Shown here one piece after another: positions 58,801 to 64,000 of a stretch of 64,000 nt of DNA. The DNA comes from Eledone cirrhosa (taxonomy: Eukaryota). The stretch is from contig OZ024748.1 in NCBI GenBank assembly GCA_964016885.1, positions 36,890,001-36,954,000 on the forward strand, in the 5' to 3' direction. A program made the position numbers and the translations under genes. Each line of letters starts with the position of its first letter. Position 1 is the first letter of the stretch. The notes beneath the pieces are model-generated. The model was given only the letters and a program-made list of their open reading frames with translations, was not told the DNA's origin and made no database searches.

Positions 58801-60048
58801 TGCCTCTCTCTCTCCCACTCTCTCATATTACACCAGGTCCCAACACAGAGGAACCAAACTCCTTCTGTCACTGCCTCTGTCTCTCCCACTCTCTCATATT
58901 ACACCAGGTCCTAACACAGAGGAACCAAACTCCCACTGTCACTGCCTCTGTCTCTCCCACTCTCTCATATTACACCAGATCCCAACACAGAGGAACCAAA
59001 CTCCCACTGTCACTGCCTCTCTCTCTCCCACTCTCTCATATTACACCAGGTCCCAACACAGAGGAACCAAACTCCCACTGTCACTGCCTCTGTCTCTCCC
59101 ACTCTCTCATAATACACCAGGTCCCAACACAGAGGGACCAAACTCCCACTGTCACTGCCTCTCTCTCTCCCACTCTCTCATATTACACCAGGTCCCAACA
59201 CAGAGGAACCAAACTCCTTCTGTCACTGCCTCTGTCTCTCCCACTCTCTCATATTACACCACGTCCTAACACAGAGGAACCAAAACCCCACTGTCACTTC
59301 ATCTCTCTCTCCCACTCTCTCATAATACACCAGGTCCCAACACAGAGGAACCAAACTCCCACTGTCACTGCCTCTGTCTCTCCCACTCTCTCATAATACA
59401 CCAGGTCCCAACACAGAGGAACCAAACTCCCACTGTCACTGCCTCTGTCTCTCCCACTCTCTCATATTACACCAGGTCCCAACACAGAGGAACCGAACTC
59501 CCACTGTCACTGTCTCCGTCTCTCACACTCTCTCATACTAAACCAGGTCCAACACAGAGGAACCAAACTCCCACTGTCACTGCCTCTGTCTCTCCCACAC
59601 TCTCATATACACCAGGTCTGAACACAGAGGTACGAGACCCCCACTGTCACTGCCTCTGTCTCTTCCACTCTCTCATTTTACACCAGGTCCTAACACAGAG
59701 GAACCAAACTCCCACTGTCACTGCCTCTGTCTCTCCCACTCTCTCATATTACACCAGGTCCCAACAGAGAGGAACCAAACTCCCACTGTCACTCCCTCTG
59801 TCTCTCCCACTCTCTCATATTACACCAGGTCCCAACACAGAGGAACCAAACTCCCACTGTCACTGCCTCTGTCTCTCCCACTCTCTCATGTTACACCAGG
59901 TCCCAACACAGAGGAACCAAACTCCACTGTCACTGCCTCTGTCTCTCCCACTCTCTCATATTAGACCAGGTCCTAACACAGAGGACCCAAACTCCCACTG
60001 TCACTGCCTCTGTCTCTCCCACTCTCTCACATTACACCAGTTCCCAAC

Positions 60049-63000
60049 ACAGAGGAACCAAACTCCCACTGTCACTGCCTCTGTCTCTCCCACTCTCTCA
60101 TATTACACCAGGTCCTAACACAGAGGAACCAAACTCCCACTGTCACTGCCTCTGTCTCTCCCACTCTCTCATATTACACCAGGTCCCAACACAGAGGAAC
60201 CAAACTCCCACTGTCACTGCCTCTGTCTCTCCCACTCTCTCATATTACTCCAGGTCCCAACACAGAGGAACCAAACTCCCACTGTCACTGCCTCTGTCTC
60301 TCCCACTCTCTCATATTACACCAGGTCCCAACACAGAGGAACCAAACTCCCACTGTCACTGCCTCTGTCTCTCCCACTCTCTCATATTACACCAGGTCCT
60401 AACACAGAGGAACCAAACTCCCACTGTCACTGCCTCTGTCTCTCCCACTCTCTCATATTACACCAGGTCCTAACACAGAGGAACCAAACCCCCACTGTCA
60501 CTGCCTCTCTCTCTCCCACTCTCTCATATTACACCAGGTCCTAACACAGAGGAACCGAACTCCCACTGTCACTGCCTCTGTCTCTCCCACTCTCTCATAT
60601 ACACCACGTCCGAACACAGAGGTATGAAACCCCCACTGTCACTGCCTCTGTCTCTCCCACTCTCTCATATTACACCAGGTCCTAACACAGAGGAACCAAA
60701 CCCCCACTGTCACTGCCTCTCTCTCTCCCACTCTCTCACATTACACCAGTTCCCAACACAGAGGAACCAAACTCCCACTGTCGATCCCTCTGTCTCTCCC
60801 ACTCTCTCATATTACACCAGGTCCTAACACAGAGGAACCAAACTCCCACCGTCACTCCCTCTGTCTCTCCCACTCTCTCATATTACACCATGTCCCAACA
60901 CAGAGGGACCAAACTCGCACTGTCACTGCCTCTCTCTCTCCCACTCTCTCATATTAAACCAGGTCCCAACACAGAGGAGCCGAACTCCCACTGTCATTGC
61001 CTCTGTCTCTCCCACTCTCTCATATTACACCAGGCACTAACACAGAGGAACCAAACTCCCACTGTGACTGCCTCTGTCTCTCCCACTCTCTCACGTTACA
61101 CCAGTTCCCAACACAGAGGAACCAAACTCCCACTGTCACTGCCTCTCTCTCTCCCACTCTCTCATATTACACCAGGTCCTAACACAGAGGAACCAAACTC
61201 CCACTGTCACTGCCTCCGTCTCTCCCACTCTGTCATACTAAACCAGGTCCAACACAGAGGAACCAAACTCCCACTGTCACTGCCTCTCTCTCTCCCACTC
61301 TCTCATATTAGACCAGGTCCTAACACAGAGGAACCAAACTCCCACTGTGACTGCCTCTGTCTCTCCCACTCTCTCACATTACACCAGTTCCCAACACAGA
61401 GGAACCAAACTCCCACTGTCACTGCCTCTGTCTCTTCCACACTCTCATATGACACCAGGTCCTAACACAGAGGAACCAAACTCCCACTGTCACTGCCTCT
61501 GTCTCTCCCACTCTCTCATATTACACCAGGTCCCAACACAGAGGAACCAAACTCCCACTGTCACTGCCTCTGTCTCTCCCACTCTCTCATATTACTCCAG
61601 GTCCCAACACAGAGGAACCAAACTCCCACTGTCACTGCCTCTGTCTCTCCCACTCTCTCATATTACACCAGGTCCCAACACAGAGGAACCAAACTCCCAC
61701 TGTCACTGCCTCTGTCTCTCCCACTCTCTCATATTACACCAGGTCCTAACACAGAGGAACCAAACTCCCACTGTCACTGCCTCTGTCTCTCCCACTCTCT
61801 CATATTACACCAGGTCCTAACACAGAGGAACCAAACCCCCACTGTCACTGCCTCTCTCTCTCCCACTCTCTCATATTACACCAGGTCCTAACACAGAGGA
61901 ACCGAACTCCCACTGTCACTGCCTCTGTCTCTCCCACTCTCTCATATACACCACGTCCGAACACAGAGGTATGAAACCCCCACTGTCACTGCCTCTGTCT
62001 CTCCCACTCTCTCATATTACACCAGGTCCTAACACAGAGGAACCAAACACCCACTGTCACTGCCTCTCTCTCTCCCACTCTCTCACATTACACCAGTTCC
62101 CAACACAGAGGAACCAAACTCCCACTGTCGATCCCTCTGTCTCTCCCACTCTCTCATATTACACCAGGTCCTAACACAGAGGAACCAAACTCCCACCGTC
62201 ACTCCCTCTGTCTCTCCCACTCTCTCATATTACACCATGTCCCAACACAGAGGGACCAAACTCGCACTGTCACTGCCTCTCTCTCTCCCACTCTCTCATA
62301 TTAAACCAGGTCCCAACACAGAGGAGCCGAACTCCCACTGTCATTGCCTCTGTCTCTCCCACTCTCTCATATTACACCAGGCACTAACACAGAGGAACCA
62401 AACTCCCACTGTGACTGCCTCTGTCTCTCCCACTCTCTCACGTTACACCAGTTCCCAACACAGAGGAACCAAACTCCCACTGTCACTGCCTCTCTCTCTC
62501 CCACTCTCTCATATTACACCAGGTCCTAACACAGAGGAACCAAACTCCCACTGTCACTGCCTCCGTCTCTCCCACTCTGTCATACTAAACCAGGTCCAAC
62601 ACAGAGGAACCAAACTCCCACTGTCACTGCCTCTCTCTCTCCCACTCTCTCATATTAGACCAGGTCCTAACACAGAGGAACCAAACTCCCACTGTGACTG
62701 CCTCTGTCTCTCCCACTCTCTCACATTACACCAGTTCCCAACACAGAGGAACCAAACTCCCACTGTCACTGCCTCTGTCTCTTCCACACTCTCATATGAC
62801 ACCAGGTCCTAACACAGAGGTACCAAACTCCCACTGTCACTGCCTCCGTCTCTCCCACTCTCTCATATTAAACCAGGTCCAATACAAAGGAACCAAACTC
62901 CTACTGTCACTGCCTCTGTCTCTCCCACTCTCTCATATACACCAGGTCCAAACACAGAGGTACGAAACCCCCACTGACACTGCCTCTGTCTCTCCCACTC

Positions 63001-64000
63001 TCTCATATTACACCAGGTCCTAACACAGAGGAACCAAACTCCCACTGTCACTGCCTCCATCTCTCCCACTCTCTCATACTAAACCAGGTCCAACACAGAG
63101 GAACCAAACTCCTACTGTCACTACCTCTGTCTCTCCCACTCTCTCATATACACAAGGTCCGAACACAGAGGTACGAAACCCCCACTGTCACTGCCTCTGT
63201 CTCTCCCACTCTCTCATATTACACCAGGTCCTAACACAGAGGAACCAAACTCCCACTGTCACTGCCTCCGTCTCTCCCACTCTCTCATACTAAACCAGGT
63301 CCAACACAGAGGAACCAAACTCCCTCTGTCACTGCCTCTGTCTCTCCCACTCTCTCATATTACACCAGGTCCTAACACAGAGGAACCAAACTCCCACTGT
63401 CACTGCCTCTGTCTCTCCCACTCTCTCATATTACACCAGGTCCTAACACAGAGGAACCAAACTCCCTCTGTCACTGCCTCTGTCTCTCCCACTCTCTCAT
63501 ATTACACCAGGTCCAACACAGAGGAACCAAACTCCCACTGTCACTGCCTCTGTCTCTGCCACTCTCTCATATTACACCAGGTCCCAACAAAGAGGGACCA
63601 AACTCCCACTGTCACTGCCTCTCTCTCTCGCACTCTCTCATATTACACCAGGTCCCAACACAGAGGAACCAAACTCCCTCTGTCACTGCCTCTGTCTCTC
63701 CCACTCTCTCATATTACACCAGGTCCTAACACAGAGGAACCAAACTCCCACTGTCACTCCCTCTGTCTCTCCCACTCTCTCATATTACACCAGATCCCAA
63801 CACAGAGGAACCAAACTCCCACTGTCACTGCCTCTGTCTCTCCCACTCTCTCATATTACACCAGGTCCTAACACAGAGGAACCAAACCCCCACTGTCACT
63901 GCCTCTCTCTCTCCCACTCTCTCATATTACACCAGGTCCTAACACAGAGGAACCAAACACCCACTGTCACTGCCTCTCTCTCTCCCACTCTCTCATATTA
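60049..64000. repeat. Copy of block ~53110-57061 (offset 6939 bp), running off the window end
   Basis: ORF pairs 53685/60624, 53951/60890, 54408/61347, 55755/62694 and 55924/62863 are offset by 6939. Confidence 0.9.

Larger units (their letters stand above)
1..64000. repeat. Tandem satellite DNA array, 71-bp monomer, ~900 head-to-tail copies, extends beyond both window edges
   Basis: The monomer AACACAGAGGAACCAAACTCCCACTGTCACTGCCTCTGTCTCTCCCACTCTCTCATATTACACCAGGTCCY repeats from base 1 to 64000, typically with only a few substitutions per copy and occasional 1-2 bp indels. 64000/71 is about 901. All ORF translations are permutations of one 71-aa three-frame pattern. Confidence 0.99.

Noticed and set aside
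8-63023. Dozens of + strand ORFs encoding Ser/Thr/Pro/His/Cys-rich, mucin-like or metal-binding-like peptides
   Set aside because: They are all three-frame read-throughs of the 71-bp monomer. They overlap in different frames, start mostly at variant GTG/TTG/ATG codons and end at variant TAA/TAG. Monomer length and 1-2 bp indels ignore frame.
11695-63069. Short minus-strand ORFs (11695, 46654, 50048, 55924, 62863)
   Set aside because: Chance stop avoidance caused by indel-bearing monomers. They recur only because of the block duplications.
1-64000. CRISPR array (period ~71 bp resembles repeat plus spacer)
   Set aside because: The entire period is conserved, so there are no unique spacers, and there is no leader or cas gene.
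1-64000. Satellite-encoded hammerhead ribozyme, as in newt satellite 2 or schistosome Sm-alpha
   Set aside because: The core motifs CTGANGA and GAAA are absent from the consensus on both strands. An Infernal/Rfam scan of the dimer would be the formal test.
1-64000. CENP-B box or telomeric repeat
   Set aside because: The consensus lacks CpG, so the TTCG..A..CGGG core is absent, and no TTAGGG-type tandem tract is present.
1-64000. Nucleosome phasing (dimer 142 bp, trimer 213 bp)
   Set aside because: This is a numerical coincidence only. The observed duplication periods show no consistent preference for multiples of 2 or 3 monomers, and MNase data would be needed.
1-64000. Tandem tRNA or small-RNA gene cluster (71 nt is tRNA-sized)
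   Set aside because: There is no cloverleaf, no GTTCRA B-box and no spacer or poly-T terminator, and the strongly skewed composition permits little pairing.

Overview
The whole 64 kb window is one uninterrupted, single-orientation tandem satellite array of about 900 copies of a 71-bp monomer (consensus AACACAGAGGAACCAAACTCCCACTGTCACTGCCTCTGTCTCTCCCACTCTCTCATATTACACCAGGTCC[C/T]). I see no unique sequence, transposon insertion, inversion, RNA gene or credible protein-coding gene. The ORFs in the track are translation artefacts: 71 is not a multiple of 3, and the C71 monomer has no + strand stop in any frame. The structure worth noting is in the variant pattern. There are nested higher-order duplications with periods of 213, 284, 923, 1347, 2055, 2625, 3394 and 9574 bp, and dispersed block copies at offsets of about 11919, 6951 and 6939 bp. 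The array also shows three domains with different diagnostic variants, an indel load that is higher in the 3' third, and a recurring variant cassette whose alleles look like CpG deamination products, suggesting a methylated eukaryotic satellite. I cannot name the family or organism from the sequence. I found no supportable evidence of a new gene-based system. Periods come from offsets between identical ORFs and marker variants read by eye, so block boundaries are approximate (about one monomer).
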